Source: Octopus sinensis (Eukaryota). From it: a DNA stretch of 64,000 bases. The translations under genes and the position numbers were made by a program. The notes below the pieces were generated by a model. It saw only the letters and a list, made by a program, of their open reading frames with translations. It had not been told where the DNA came from and searched no databases. The stretch spans positions 88,536,001 to 88,600,000 of the forward strand of contig NC_042997.1 of assembly GCF_006345805.1 (NCBI RefSeq). The letters are read 5' to 3'. Positions 37,779 to 51,676 of the stretch are shown here, piece after piece. Within the stretch, counting starts at the first letter, position 1. Every line of letters begins with the position of its first letter.

Positions 37779-38816
37779 ATTATACAATAAATTTTAAGTA
37801 GTGATGAAAGTTTGGATATATAATATATTTTTGCCCCTTTTGTACCTGCTAAGACTCCCATTGTTCCTGTTGTATATTTGATACCCACTTATTTCTGTCA
37901 CCCTTTCTCCTCTTAACTGCATTGTGCCACCTGTGTAATGAGGAAATACTTTAGCTCTGTTCAGATGCAATCCCTCCATCACCATCTGTACTTTCTTACC
38001 TCTCTCTCCTTCCCAGGATACTGCTTGAGTTTTGAGGGATTGCACTGGATCTGTTGGTATCTGATAAACCCCTCCATTTATCCTCTTGTACAGTCAGTCA
38101 TCATTCTCTCTCTCAGATCACGTCTCCATTGACATCACTTTCTTACCATTGCAATCTTGATTATCACTTGCAATTTTTTCTCTTGCAGTAAACATTTTTA
38201 TGCTTCTCATTGTTACTTACCCTTCTCTCATTCCAGATTTCATTATTGATATTTATTACTCTTTTTGCATCTGACAATCCATCACTTTCTCACTCTTGCC
38301 AATAAACATGTTGGTTCCATTTGTCTCTCTCTCTGTCCCCACCATTATTTGCTATTCCTCACATTTCTCCCTTCTCTTCTACACTATCACTTTAATCAAT
38401 TCAAACTCCTCTCCATCTCACTTTGGTTCATCATCTGCAGTTATCTTATTGGATCACAGTACCTAGAATAAATGGTGACAACATAGAACAATAAAAACTC
38501 TGTTGTCTTTTTATGATATAAGACAACCTCACAAGTGCTGGTGGCACCTAGTACATTCAGTTAAGTAGTTGCTTAATTAGTTAAGAAAATGTAGTTGAGA
38601 AGACACTTTTGTCTTGTTTTGGTGAGGTCATCATGACAATCCTTCTGGTGCTGCAGTAAAATGCACCCAGTACATTTTGTAAAGTAGTTGGTGTTAGTAA
38701 AGGCATTCAATCATAGTAGAAGCCAAGCCAAAAATAAAATGTATGAGATGTAGTCTTCCAACACATCTAGTAAGACAATAACTTCATAACAACCATCAAG
38801 ATGAAAACTTATTTTA

Positions 38817-38852
<36 letters not shown>

Positions 38853-39638
38853 TGTGTGTGTGTGTATCTGTGTGAGATAGGGAGAGTGTGTGTTATGTTT
38901 AAAAAAAGATCAGACAGCAAATACATACATAAGATGAGATAGATAGATAGATCTCTGTGTGTGTGGGAGGGCTAGCTTGTAGTTGTATTGTCGCAAAAAA
39001 ATGTATGTATATATATATGTACATGTGTGTCTGTGTGTGTATTTCTCATATACCTAGAGGCTATTAAAACTTAAGTGAATAATATGTTAATTTTCCTCTT
39101 TTTTCTTTCTTTGCTCATGGTCTGTTTCTAGTAAAATTGACATACTTTTAGGGAGCCGAACAAGATATTGTATAGATGCAAGGTCAGAATGGTGATCTTT
39201 ATTTTATTTTTATTTTTTGCTTTTCTTCCCTCTAAGTTGTCAAAACAACATTAATAATATGCTAGGCCCAACTGTACCCCTATCCCCATTTAGCCATGCA
39301 TCTAGACACAACCAAAGTATGACTCTCCTATTACATTAATTTAAAACAACTACCACTTGAAGACCACCTTCATGTAGTAATATCTAGAGTAAGTCAAGCT
39401 GACATTTGTGTGAAACATATATTGCAATTAAGACACTCAATTATACATTGTCAGTTTTTATAGAAGTGAGCTGTACTTAGAAATGCTTATAATTAGGCAG
39501 ACTTGATCATTTAATCACAGAGCTAGGTGATAAGATAAGAATAATCAACTCTTTGATTAGCCATCAAAACAACCTGGCCATATGAAGGTTTTTATGCCAA
39601 ACTAGATTAGGTTTTTTTTTTTTTTTTTAAGAAGAGAG

Positions 39639-39781
39639 CTGAGGAGTGGATGAAATGCAGAGTGCTTTACTGCATTTACTTTCATTTTTCCTGTTATAGT
39701 TCACATCCAGTCAAGGTCAATTTTCCTGCCATCTCTCTCAAATCATGCAGTAAAGCACTCCCCATTTCATCCACTCCTCAG
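39639..39781. repeat. 37-bp inverted repeat with a 69-nt spacer
   Basis: 39639-39675 vs reverse complement of 39745-39781 match at 35 of 37 positions. Confidence 0.9.
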
Positions 39782-39924
39782 TGAAGTCACTACACAACAG
39801 AATAGCAATTGTTTCGTTTTAGCTTTTACTGCTTATACTAAACACGTGACATTTTTGCCTTACAATATGGAACATTTCCTTTTCTTTCACTCTTTTTAAA
39901 AAATGGCACTCCATTACTAACAAT

Positions 39925-40237
39925 GATAAGATTCCTGTTTATCTGATCAACAGAACAGTCTGCTTGTAAAATTAATGCACAAGTGGCTGAGTACTCCACA
40001 GACATGCATACCATTAACATAGTTCTCAGGGAGATTCAGCCTCACACAGAATATAATAAGGCTGGCCCTTTTCAATTACAGCTCATTTCAATTACAACTC
40101 ATTTTTGTTACCCGAGTGGACTGCAGCAAGGTGAAGTAACATGCCTTGCTCAAGAACACATTGCACCGCAGGCAATCATACTCATGATCTTATGATCGTC
40201 GGCGGAATACTCCTAACCGCTAAGCAACGCACCTTCA
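39925..40237 (-). mobile_element. SINE family C with tRNA-like head
   Basis: Reverse complement gaaggtgcgttgcttagcggttagg (A box)..catgagtatgattgcc (B-box-like)..ttcttgagcaaggca..cttgctgcagtccactc. Confidence 0.75.
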
Positions 40238-40734
40238 CTCTCTTAACCATAGAGAAAAGGAGTGAAACGATAGAGAGGGGGAAAGGAAAGTCATGGTCGT
40301 TCAAAATGACAATTAGACTGAAATATGATTGATCTTTTCTAGCGTCTTTACTTTTAACATTGAAGAAGAGGGAAAGAGATTTAGTAATGAATAGAGGGAA
40401 AGTCTTTTAGATGTTCAGATTTTTGTTCTGGAAATTCTAGAAGGATTGAGTGTTAGTTTGCTCTTTTTTCCCCCACCCCCTGTACTTATTCACCTTGTTT
40501 GGTAATTCATGTCTTTTAGTTGGGGGCAAAGACCGTTTTTTTTTTGTTTTTCAGGCATGTTTAATGCTTTCTCTACAAACTACAAACAAGCCCTGCTCCC
40601 TTCCTTTTTTTTTTTTTCATACAAAAACTAATGCAAACTGCAAATGGGGTGTAACTGTGAAAAGAGCCCAGAAAAATGGGTTGGGGAGAAAAGTTGCCGA
40701 CTGGTGGTTACACAAAATTCAACTCTATACTTTA

Positions 40735-41030
40735 TAGAGTGTCTTTTACTATAGCCTCGGGCTGATTAAAGCCTTGTGAGTGGATTTGGTAGACGGAAAC
40801 TGAAAGAAACCCATCGTATATATCTGTGTGTGTGTCTGTGTGTTTGTATCTGTATTTGTCTCCCCTCCACCATTGCTTAACAACCAATGTTGTTATATTT
40901 GTATCCTTGTAACTTAGTGGTTCAGCAGAAGAGACTCAGAGAATAAGTCCAGGAGTTGATTTCTTCAACTAAAGGGTGGTGCTCCAGCATGGCCACAGTC
41001 AAATGGCTGAAACTTGTAAAAGAATATCAG
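40735..41030 (+). mobile_element. SINE family A, 5'-truncated
   Basis: gtgtcttttactatagcctcggg..gatttggtagacggaaactgaaagaa..ggtgctccagcatggccacagtc. Confidence 0.85.
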
Positions 41031-42204
41031 GAGAACATTCTGTACCACTAAACCAAGAAGGTTCTTTGAATACGTATGTTGTATTTTAAGGCTAAAAAGT
41101 AATTCTGTTTATATTTGCATAACTGAGATATTTTGGTTGGATTATAAGTTATCAGTTTTACACTTCTTTCTATATTCTGTAAGTGTTACAATATAGAAAC
41201 ATTTCTTATGGCACCAGCAAACAATTTACAGATGCTTACATTTTTCATGTTTTCTGTGAAGTTTTCATGGGTCCAGCTAGTAGTAGTAGTTGTAGTAATC
41301 ATAATAATAATAGTAATAATAATAATAATAATTCTAACAATAATAATAGTAATAATAAAATCATCATTACTCTTCAAATGTTGTGGGGTGGATGAAACTG
41401 ATTGAGTGTCTTGTAGGTTTTTATTTATTTATTTTTTCTTGTGGGTGTGTGGTTTGTCCCTCTATCCTCTGAGTTCAAATCTATTGAAGTCAAATTTCTC
41501 ATTGCTCAACCCAAGAATTAATAAAATAAGTATAAGCATGTCCTGGAGTCATTTCAACTGACAGTAGGTAATTTAGAGTAAACATAATTGATGCATAGAG
41601 TATTAAAAAACATAACTAGGAATAAATAAGTTGAGAGAAAACAATATTTCGGAGGAATTATTGTTAGACCTGATAAAGTAGACCTATGATCAAAAGCATT
41701 TCCTCCATAAACATCCTGACTCTTCTTTTTCAAATATAGTGTTGTCATCATCATCATCATCATTTTCTATTTACTTGTTCATGCTTGCACGAGTCAGATG
41801 GAATTTGTTGAGGCAGATTTTCTATGGTTGGATGTCTTTCCTGTTGCTAAATCTCACCTGCTTCTGAACAAGTTAATAGGGTTTAATTTGAGGGAAAGTT
41901 GAGTGACTACATAGAAACTATCTCTTCAGTAATGCATGTGAAAACTTTATGGTTGAATAGTTAATTTTAAACTTCTAGCATTTACATAAAGCAGATGCTT
42001 CAGTTACTGAGGCAGTTCTCTCAAAAACCACTTACTTTATTACTCCACTGGATGTCTCAAAGTAGAAACAGGATGGAAAACTATTTTCTTAACACCAACC
42101 ACATGCACATTAGATATTAATATTTGTTTCCATACTCCTTTTTAGTCCTCTACCATAACCAAGTCACCTGTAGTTAAGATATCAACTACTTTATAAGGCA
42201 TGTT

Positions 42205-43258
42205 ATCTAAAATGTACCACAAATGTTCAATAATATTGAGATCTGGGGACTGCGGTGGCCAGATAAGATGTTCAACTTCACTAGAATGTTCCTCATACTA
42301 TTCAGTAACAACTTTAGCTGTGTGAATTGGTACATTATCATCCTCAAAGATTGCGTTTCCCTCCAGAAATAGTTCCACAACCATAGGATGAATTTGATCA
42401 GATAAAATGCTTAAATAGTCTTGACTATTAATTCTGCCATGAAGGGAAACCATTGGGCCTGCAGATTTCTAAGATATACCCCCCCCCCCAATCACAGATC
42501 TTCCTCTATGTTTAACAGTTGGAAGAAGGCAGTCTAGGTCAAATGCTTCTTTTGGCTGTCTTCACACGTATACTCAGCCTGTGGTCGGAAATAAAGTAAA
42601 GGATGACTCGTCCAAGAAAATAACATTCTTCCACTGCTCTAGGGACCAACTCTGTAGGTTTTTTTTTTTTACTCCACTCTAAACACTTTGCAACGTTTGT
42701 ATTTGAAAGTAGTGGTTTTCTGATTGAAGCCCTCCCATGAAATCTGGCTTTGTGCAGCTCCTGGCGAGCAGTTTTTGAGGAAACTGGGTTCTCAAGGTGG
42801 ACATTAAGCTCTGCAGTAATTTTGGGAGCTGTACTTTTGTGATCCTTTCTAACAATCTGTGTAAGAGTCCAACGGTCCTTATCTGAAAGTTTGGGTTTTC
42901 TTCCGGAGTTTTGTTTTGACGAGGAGGCTTTTCCCTCTTTCTCAAAGGCTGTCATTACTTTTGAGACAGTACTTCTTGATAGAGCAAACATTTTGGCTGT
43001 TTTCGTTACGCTAGCACCTGCTATATGAGCACCACCACTTTGAAAGTCCAATAGATCTGTCATTTTAATGAATTTTAATTACCTTTTTCTGATGATATCT
43101 GAAAAGAAACAGCAATTTTAGCAAAATATATTAAACAACACTAATAATAAATCAAAAAACTTTAAAATAAACAAGCTTTTGACAATTTTATAGATATTTC
43201 AAAATTATGATGCTATAATTCTAGGTGTTTCCATTATCAGTGTAATGTCCAACGCCTG
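42205..43258 (-). mobile_element. Tc1-family transposon, DD36E spacing, 3'-truncated pseudogene
   Basis: ORF 43063-42539 (GASVTKTA..SGRKPKLS..PVSSKT.RQELHK) frameshifts in a poly-A run, then FSDESSF..TVKH..FEDDNVPIH..WPPQSPDLNIIEHLW. 5' TIR caggcgttggacatt at 43258; no 3' TIR found. Confidence 0.9.
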
Positions 43259-44159
43259 TGTGTATATATATATATATATATATGTGCTTTTGGTGCAAAT
43301 GGTTTTGTTATACGGCGCCCTGTTTTACAATCCTGTAAATAATAATAATAGTATTTGTATAAGCCTCAAATTTATAGTGATCACTGTACAACGACTAAAA
43401 AAATAGTCTAATAATGGGGCATATAACTCCTTGACAGAAAAAAGTAGGCTTTCCACATGCATACACACTGGTAGATACATAAGTGCAAAACAAGATTGAA
43501 AAAATAGGGTAGAGTAGTGAATATTTTGCAGTTTTTATTATGAAGTGTGTGTGTATATATATATATATATATATGTAGATAGATAGATAGATATACCGAA
43601 AAACTCATGTAATTTGCGCACCTGTGTAATTTACACAGGTGATTTTCAGGATAAAATTTATTAAAAAAAAAAAGCTTCTTCTCGTATAAAATTCACATCC
43701 AAAAGTTTTGAGAATTGCCAATATGGCCAGAGGAAAAAGGTTCACAATTTAGTTGTCTTTAGCATAATTTCACCTACTTATGATTAGATTTTATTAAATT
43801 TTCACTAAATAAAAAGAATTTCTGGTTAACGGGTATCACATTAAAAGCTATTAAATTACCAAGTGTTTGTGTTGTCTATATAAATAAAATTGGTTTTGCG
43901 GGGACTGACACATGTCAGTCCATTGTACTTGCTTGGTATACCCTCCTTTTCCTCCCTTATAAAACTGACAATGTCAGTTTGCTTTAGCCACTCAGTATAC
44001 TCTGCTCCTCCCTCAACATTAGCATTCCAATAATAAAGATAAATAAATGAAAAATGTTACACTGATATTGTGTGTGTTTGTGTGCGCACACATGCATGTA
44101 CCTGTATGAGACTGTGTTTGTGTGTCTCCACATAACTGGAAATAACTGAAGTATTATTC

Positions 44160-44530
44160 TGCTAATTGTGAGCATGTATATATGATATAATGATGGAAAT
44201 TGTGATATACAGTGCTCAGGTGCACTACAACTGAAAAAAAAAAGCCATCAGATATACTGTTGGTGGATTTCAGGAAGCATGAAAGTTTTGAAGGATGTAG
44301 TATCTCAAGAGCTAACAACTGATGTGGTTAGTTTATTCTATGCTTCAGCAATTCTGAGCATGTAAAAAATGTTTCTGAAAGTCATGGGGGCTGTGTTGTT
44401 TTTTGATTTTATACGCATGTCCATGAGTGTTTGTCATATGGAATTCAAAAAGGTGTCCAAGGTTGTTGTTGGAAAGATGGTGGATAATCTTGTTTATAAT
44501 AAACTTTATTTTACACTTCTTGCCCACAAG
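44160..44530 (-). mobile_element. CR1-type LINE 3' end
   Basis: LFEFHMTNTHGHAYKIKKQHS.HDFQKHF on the minus strand, plus 3' UTR gttgtagtgcacctgagcac. Confidence 0.8.
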
Positions 44531-45739
44531 AGTTTATGTCCAGTCTTTAGCCTACTGCTGTATGTTTTCTCAAACCATGATCACAGGAAAAGTTGTTGAT
44601 AAGAATTATCAACAAAAACAAAACTGATAAATATACACAGGCATTGCAAATTAAATTTACTTACCAATAAACATCAGCTTGGATGACACTTTACTCAACT
44701 GAGTAAAATGTGTAAAATATGGCCTGGACCATAATTACCAGCATGTACGTCAGACTTCAAAAAGTAGTTAACCATTTAATGGTTTTAGTAAATTCATACA
44801 GAAAAAGTAAGGATTATACTGTCCAACATAAATAAAAGTAAATTTCATTATATTTAAGCCCTTATTTTTTCTGTAAAAACCTATTCTGACATTAAATGAA
44901 TCAACTTCTGGTATGAAAGTTTACATTTTGTATGTCTTTTTTCAACAAAGAAAATTTCTAAAAGAATTCTGGAAACAATCTACTCGTGTAATTTATGTAC
45001 CCACTAAAGTTTATTTTTATTTTTGCAAAAAAAAAATGTGCATAAATTACATGGGTTTTTACAGTATATATGACAGGCTTCCAAACAGTTTCTTAACAAA
45101 TTTCACTCACAAGGCTTTGGTTGGATTGGAGCTATAGTAGAAAACATTTGTCCAAGATGCTGTGTAGCAGAACTGAACTTAAAACCATGTGGTTGCAAAG
45201 TGAGCAACTTAATTACACAACTATGCCTGTACCTAGGAAATCTAGAATTTTTAATACTTATTTTTAAAATAATCTTTGTTTTGAATTAAAAGAAATATAT
45301 GTTCAAAACTACAATTATCTATTTTTTTGTTACTGGTTTTGTCTCCTGAAATTAAACAGAAAATCAGAAAAGTCCTAGAATGTGTTTTTATTTTTTTATC
45401 ATTGTTACCTAACTTTCTTTTTAAATCAAACTTACAATCTAGAATGTTCTAGAAATTTAGTACATGTTCAATTAAACTTGTCAAATCATTCATCAGTAAC
45501 TGTTCTAGTTTGCAGAGATCAATTCCTACAGCTATTTACTTCATCTTAGCAACTGCTGTTTATGGTGCCAGGTGTCTTGTATATACTTACTTTACTATGC
45601 ATAATCAATAGAACTATTTGAATTTTTTTTTATGTTTTGTAACTATCTGCAATTTTTGATGTTACTTAATGCAGCATGAATGTATTATCAATAAAAATAT
45701 ATTGTAGTTACTTATACTTTGTACTTGCAAGATCACAGA

Positions 45740-46220
45740 TTCCGTCTTTTATCTTTTATTTGTGTCAGTCATTGGGCTGTGGCCATGCTAGAGCAAGGTG
45801 TTGAAGTGAGTTCAAAGGTCGTGCTTCACCACCTCATCCCAGGTTTTCCTAGGTCTACCTCTTCCACAGGTTCCCTCAACCGCTAGGGTGTGGCACTTTT
45901 TCACACAACTATCTTCATCCATTCTTGCCACATGACCATACCAGCACAAACGTCTATCTTGCACACCACAACTGATGCTTCTTAGGTCCAGCTTTTCTCT
46001 CAAGGTACTTACGCTCTGTTGAAACACAAGCACAAAGTTGCATACATGCATACACATATGTATATACATATGATGAGTTACTTTCAGTTTCCATCCACCA
46101 AATCCACTTGCAAAGCTTCAGTCACTCTAAAGACACTTGCTCAAGGTGTCACACAGAGGGACTGAACCTAGAACCATGTGGATATGAAGTAAACTTCTTA
46201 CCACACAGCTATGCCTGCAC
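45740..46220 (-). mobile_element. SINE A whose centre is replaced by an internal RTE ORF fragment (45812-46022)
   Basis: Minus-strand order is SINE A head (46220-46070), microsatellite, RTE QQSVSTLREKL..GRPRKTWDEVVKHDL, then SINE A tail gctctagcatggccacag..tgactgacac..aaaaga. Confidence 0.75.
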
Positions 46221-46479
46221 CTGTATATGTATCATTATTTTCGTTACCATTTTTACATGTGTTTTCCCATGCTTGCTTGAGTTGGACTGGATAGGTCTCT
46301 TATCTTTTGTCCTTCCATTTATTCATTAATTCATTTTTGAAAAGGAAGGGGTGCTTATTTAGGAGGAAATACAACTATCGTAGTCTTTGTAGGCTCTTTC
46401 ATAGTGTTTGATGTTCTGTAGGTCAAATTGTAGCTTCAATGAGGAATGATAGGACAAGGATTTTAAAATGAACTGTCCT

Positions 46480-47780
46480 AAATATCTGAGTCATACACCA
46501 TTGTGGATTGCACTTGAGTTTTGCATGGAGTCAGCATCTGATCAGGACTGACATATTTTCTGGGCCTTGAAGAGGAAACCTGGTCTTTGGAATGCAATTT
46601 TGGCAATGTTATGTTATATGTGAAGTTTCTGTGAAAGGTGATCAGTGATTGCGAACTCTAATGTTTGTAGTGATTTTGAGAGTTTTAGGTGTTTTGTTCA
46701 TGTATAGTGTCTAGTTCAACAAATGATATAGTAGCATTTCTACCTCAGTGCTGTGGAAGGAACTTAAATTCCATGCTTCTTATTAGAGGGAGCTTTCTGT
46801 CCTGGGAGGTAGTGTTTGACTGATAGACACCTTGGTTAGGTTTACATATTTACTGATATTTAGGGAGAATGAAGATGTAGTATTGTATGTATATAACTCT
46901 GTATGTGTGTGTGTTTCATGTAAAAACAGTAGGTCCTTAAAGTATAAAAAGAAGAATTGTGGAAACATAAGAGTACCTTGATGTATATCAAGGTTGACAG
47001 AATATCAGTTAAACAAGGGTAGGTCAATACACACTGAAATGAATTGGTCTGACAGGAAACTTTGGATCTAAGGATTGGTAGATGTAGTGCATAGACCACC
47101 AAGTTAGTAGATAGGCTTTATATCAGATGCTACCAAAAGTTTTGCTGATTTCAAAAGTAAAAGCATTGCTTTTACAAAGTTCTCAAGAGCATGAAACTAG
47201 TATGTGAATCAGAAGAGCAGACTTATAGTATATGTAACTGTATTAAAACAGTGCTGGTTGTAACTGAGAAGGAAGTGAAACTTAGTGCTGACCTGATCAA
47301 GCAAACTTCTGTTTGCAGTCATGATAGTTTCATCATCTTTCAGATATAGTATATCAAGGATTCCATTATGAGAATTAAGATTGTGGAAATGAGGGTTATA
47401 GATTGCTCTTCTGGGATATATGGGACATACCATAACATGTTTCTGTACATTGGGATAAATCCCTGTAAAGAAAGATTGAAAAATTTGGAGAGAACATGAG
47501 CTCACTGTAAAGTGTACTATTTGAGAGTAAAGGAAGTGATACTGTCAAGACTAGTTACTTGCTGGGTTGAAATGACTAAATTTTGTATTAGAGTTTATCT
47601 TTGCTCAAAAATTGGTACCCGTTATCTGTGATAAAGTAATTCCTAACCAGGAATTGTCTTTTGTCTGCAAAACTATAGTCATCAAACAATGGCACTGGTA
47701 CTACACAAATTAGAGAGTTTGATCTTGCAACAACAGGCAATCCCCTTGATAAAATCCTGCTTTCTATCACAGAAAGATAG
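46480..47780 (-). mobile_element. Degenerate CR1/Jockey-type LINE RT region
   Basis: IFQSFFTGIYP..KHVMVCPI, IQSFLSD and IAKIAFQRPGFLFK..DQML..QVQSTM; resembles the 1855-3590 element. Confidence 0.65.
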
Positions 47781-50751
47781 ATTGTTAATCTTTATCGCAC
47801 CATGCATTCATTCCAGATTGAATTATACTCTGTAATTGTGGTACCAGCTTACACCAATATGAAAATATTGCCTCACCTTACCCCTGTAAGAAAGTTCGAA
47901 TTAATTGTTTTTATCAATCCCCAGATGGCTATAGATAAAAATATAATAAAAAATAATGAAACTTCAAGTTTTATTCATTGACAATTTATTTTTATTGTAT
48001 TTTTATCTGCAGAAAAATAAAGATGTACTTTATTAAACAGCTTAAGCAGACATATAGTCTTAACAGCAATGGCAAAATCTATAATATACAAAAGTGACAG
48101 ATATTATGAATAAAGACCATTAAATGATAATAGCAAATTCATTCATTAATTATACAAAAGATAGCACTCTACGTTTAATTATAAAGTAAATTTGTAAAAT
48201 AAATTTAATACATATATAAAAACTAGCATTTCTTCAGTTACGAGTGTTTCAGTTAATCCAATCAGTGGAACAGCCTGCGCATAAAATTAATGGACAACTT
48301 CATATCCTTGATATTCCATTTTTTTTTCCCCTGCTGCAACCCATGAAAAATGATTTATTACTCGCTTACTCCCTCATCTCTCTCTCTCTCTCTCTCTCTC
48401 TCTACATATATACATACATACAGTGGCCTTGTTTCAGTTTCTGTCTACCAATTTCACTCTTGAAGCCTTGGTCAGCCCAGAGCTATATTAAAAAGCATCT
48501 GCTCAAGGTCCTGTGCTGTGGAATGAACCCAAGACCACATGGCTGGGAAGCAAGCTTTTTAACCACACAAGCGCACACCTATGGGAAGTTGCTGTTTGAT
48601 CTAATATGCACTGTCTGTCATGGCAGCTGATTTTACAGACAATATTCTAATCTATACATTAATGCACTAAGGCCGAATGCATTACATTGTCATGTGGTTA
48701 ATTGCAGGGAGAGGCAAAAAGTGAGAAAGAGAAGTATTAATGATGTGAGACAGGGGGAAAGGAATAGTTAGTTATTACATGGTTAAAAAGTTAGTTGAAG
48801 GGAGAGAGGGATGATGTTCTGTAGGTGCATTTAAAGAAATACAAGTGAAGAGGTGGGGGTGGGTAGTTATATTAAGAGTGAGAGGCAGATAAAGTGAACA
48901 GTGACACTATACCAGCTGATGCATTATGCTGTCACATGGTTTGTGGAAATGAAAGGTAAAGAAAAAGAGAGAAATGATTAGGATGTGAAATGGTGAATTG
49001 TATAGTTATAAAGTTTGTTGAAGTAAGAGGTAGAGAGAAAAAGAGAGAAATATAAAGTGCTTAGCGGAGGGAAATTTTTAACATCATTGTGACTGACAAG
49101 AAAACAACATTACAATATTCAGTTTTTTTACATCTTCTATATGTCAATGTATTGATCTATCTATCTACATTAACAAATATATTGATGGGTGGAGGGTGAA
49201 ATGAAGGCTTATATAAGATATAATAAACTTAACATATATAGAAAGAAAATTTTTTCAATGAAATTGAAATAACTTAGCAAAATAGCCATGGATGTTATTT
49301 TATTTTTTAATTTGTTATTTGAACTTTGTATTGTCAGAGTGGATTGATGGTTCGATGGCAAGAACAGTAGATAGAGATAAACACACAGCAGAACTGAACT
49401 GAAATGAAAATAATCTTGGTTGACAAAAAACATAGATTAAGTTTTGTTACTGAAAACTATAATTGTGGTGGTGAGTGGATAGTGAAAAGTGGAGTTCTTT
49501 TTATTGAACTAAATTTTTTTTATATTGCCTGTCACTTAATGCATGCACATCTGCTTGCTTGAAAATTGATACTTGTTTATAAAATATGGATAACAATATA
49601 AACTAACAAGAGAAAAATGAGATGATATAGGCAGCAGTGTAAAGAGAAGCAAAGGGTCAAATCATTAGAATAGGTACAGAAGCTGCAGCATGGAAGGGAA
49701 AATATGATTCAAAGAGAATCCAGTGAGTATTTATAACAGATAAGAGAACATGTTCAATATAGACTAGAAAATGAAAATGAGATAGAACATCAAAAACAAT
49801 ATAAAGACATGGTTGAAAGTTATGACATTGTTGACAGGAATATTCTCTGTAATCATCTTGAAGTTCATCATCATCATTTAGCATCTGTATTCCATGCTGG
49901 TATGGCTTAAACAGGTTGACTGGAACTAGTAAGCTGGAGAGCTGTACCAGACTCCAGTCTGATTTGACTTGGTTTCTGTGGCTAGATGCCCTTCCTAACA
50001 CCAATCACTCCATGAGTACAGTGGGTGCTGTTTACATCATGTCACCAACACAGGTGCCTTTTACGTATCACCAGCACTTTTAGAAATGAGCCTCTGAACT
50101 GCTGAGAGAGTGTGAAACTCATGCTCCCTCAGTTACACCCTTATCTAGAGGAGCTGAAAGCTTTTTTTTTTCTTTTAAATGAAAATAATGCAGGATATAA
50201 AATTTCAAAAGACATTAATTTTTATGGTTTTGTATAATCTTCCAACCATCTAAATTATTTTGCATCTATTGCAGAATTTCCACAGGTTCTGCTAGTTAAT
50301 GATTATTTTGATAAGAAAATAACTACTCAGCAGAATTAAAATAATAAACAGCTATTTCTTTATTTATTAAGACCTCAAAATTAATTAAGTCAAATGTTTA
50401 AATCCAATGTGACTAATATATTTCAAGTGTTTTCAGCCAACTATGGCCTTCAAAATATTTCTGAAGTGTGAAGCTGTTTATAGTCCTACACTCAATCCAG
50501 CTTTCAGTATATGAAAGATTCACGAAACAAACTCCTAACCAGCATTGTAAATTGATGGAGGAGAGTGTTTCTACTCAAGATAGAAAAAGAGAATCCTGAA
50601 AGGAGTGGAGGCATCCCAGATAAAATGACACAGGTTGTTATTGTTTAGCCATGGGTCAACCTTGATTGAGCAAACCTATGATCAAAAGCATTCCAGCCAT
50701 TAATTTTATATATGTATGTCATTATGATCATCGTTTAATGTCCATCTTCCA

Positions 50752-50790
<39 letters not shown>

Positions 50791-51299
50791 AGCAAAATTA
50801 AATCAATGGTGCAACAGAAAATATAGCACAGAATGGACTGGTAGGCAGCATTTTAATTAACAATGTAATAAAAGTGATAATCAAGTATTTGTATGCAATT
50901 GTGTCACAGCTGAACAACTGCTAATTATCTTTGAGGTTTTTCTTTAACAGTAATAAGTGTTCATAAGGTAAACAACTTATTTTGAATTATATTTTCAAAG
51001 CCAGGATATTAAAACATTATTAGAAGCAAGAGGTCTTAGCTGATCAAGTGATTAATATTTGCTAAGTAATCTTCATTAGGTGATGAACTGGCAAAATCAT
51101 TAGCATGCCAGGCAAAATGCTTGGTGGTATTTCACCTGTTCTCATGTTCTAAATTCAAAATCTTGCTGAGGCCAACTTTGCTTTGCATCCTTTTGAGGTT
51201 GATAAAATAAGTACCACTTGAGCATTGGGATTGATGTAATTGACTTAACTACTGAGTAAGAGTATAAAAATTGCACCCATCTGCTAGGACATGTTGAGC

Positions 51300-51447
51300 C
51301 AGTGTGCCAGAGTAAGCTCATCAAGCCACTACAGTCTCACGCTCAGATTTATGGCCTGCACATCAGACTATGGTTGGTGGAGAAAACATGCTGAGGCCTG
51401 CATCCTACAGTGGACTGAACAGAGGCAATCCAATCCAATCCAATCCA
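51300..51447 (+). mobile_element. Probable 3' end of another non-LTR element with a (CAATC)n tail
   Basis: Non-repetitive GC-richer stretch ending cctacagtggactgaacagagg-caatccaatccaatccaatcc. Confidence 0.35.
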
Positions 51448-51676
51448 AGTAATCTTCATACATCATATAATCTATAACTAGTCAATAAGACTACAATCTA
51501 CTTTGATCATAGGTATTTTCACTTTTGGATCTGTTTCTTAAACATCAGTTTTTTTCATTTTATATTAGTTTATCACGTGATTCACTTTCCTTTTGTATTT
51601 GATCACCATTGCATGTAAGTTGGTAAGGGCTATTGATTCATTGATCTCTATGTGGTTCTTTATGTCTGTGCTGAGC

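Noticed and set aside
43619-43641. 11-bp perfect palindrome cacctgtgtaa-t-ttacacaggtg
   Set aside because: Short and embedded in what looks like a DNA-transposon terminal region; not treated as an independent signal.
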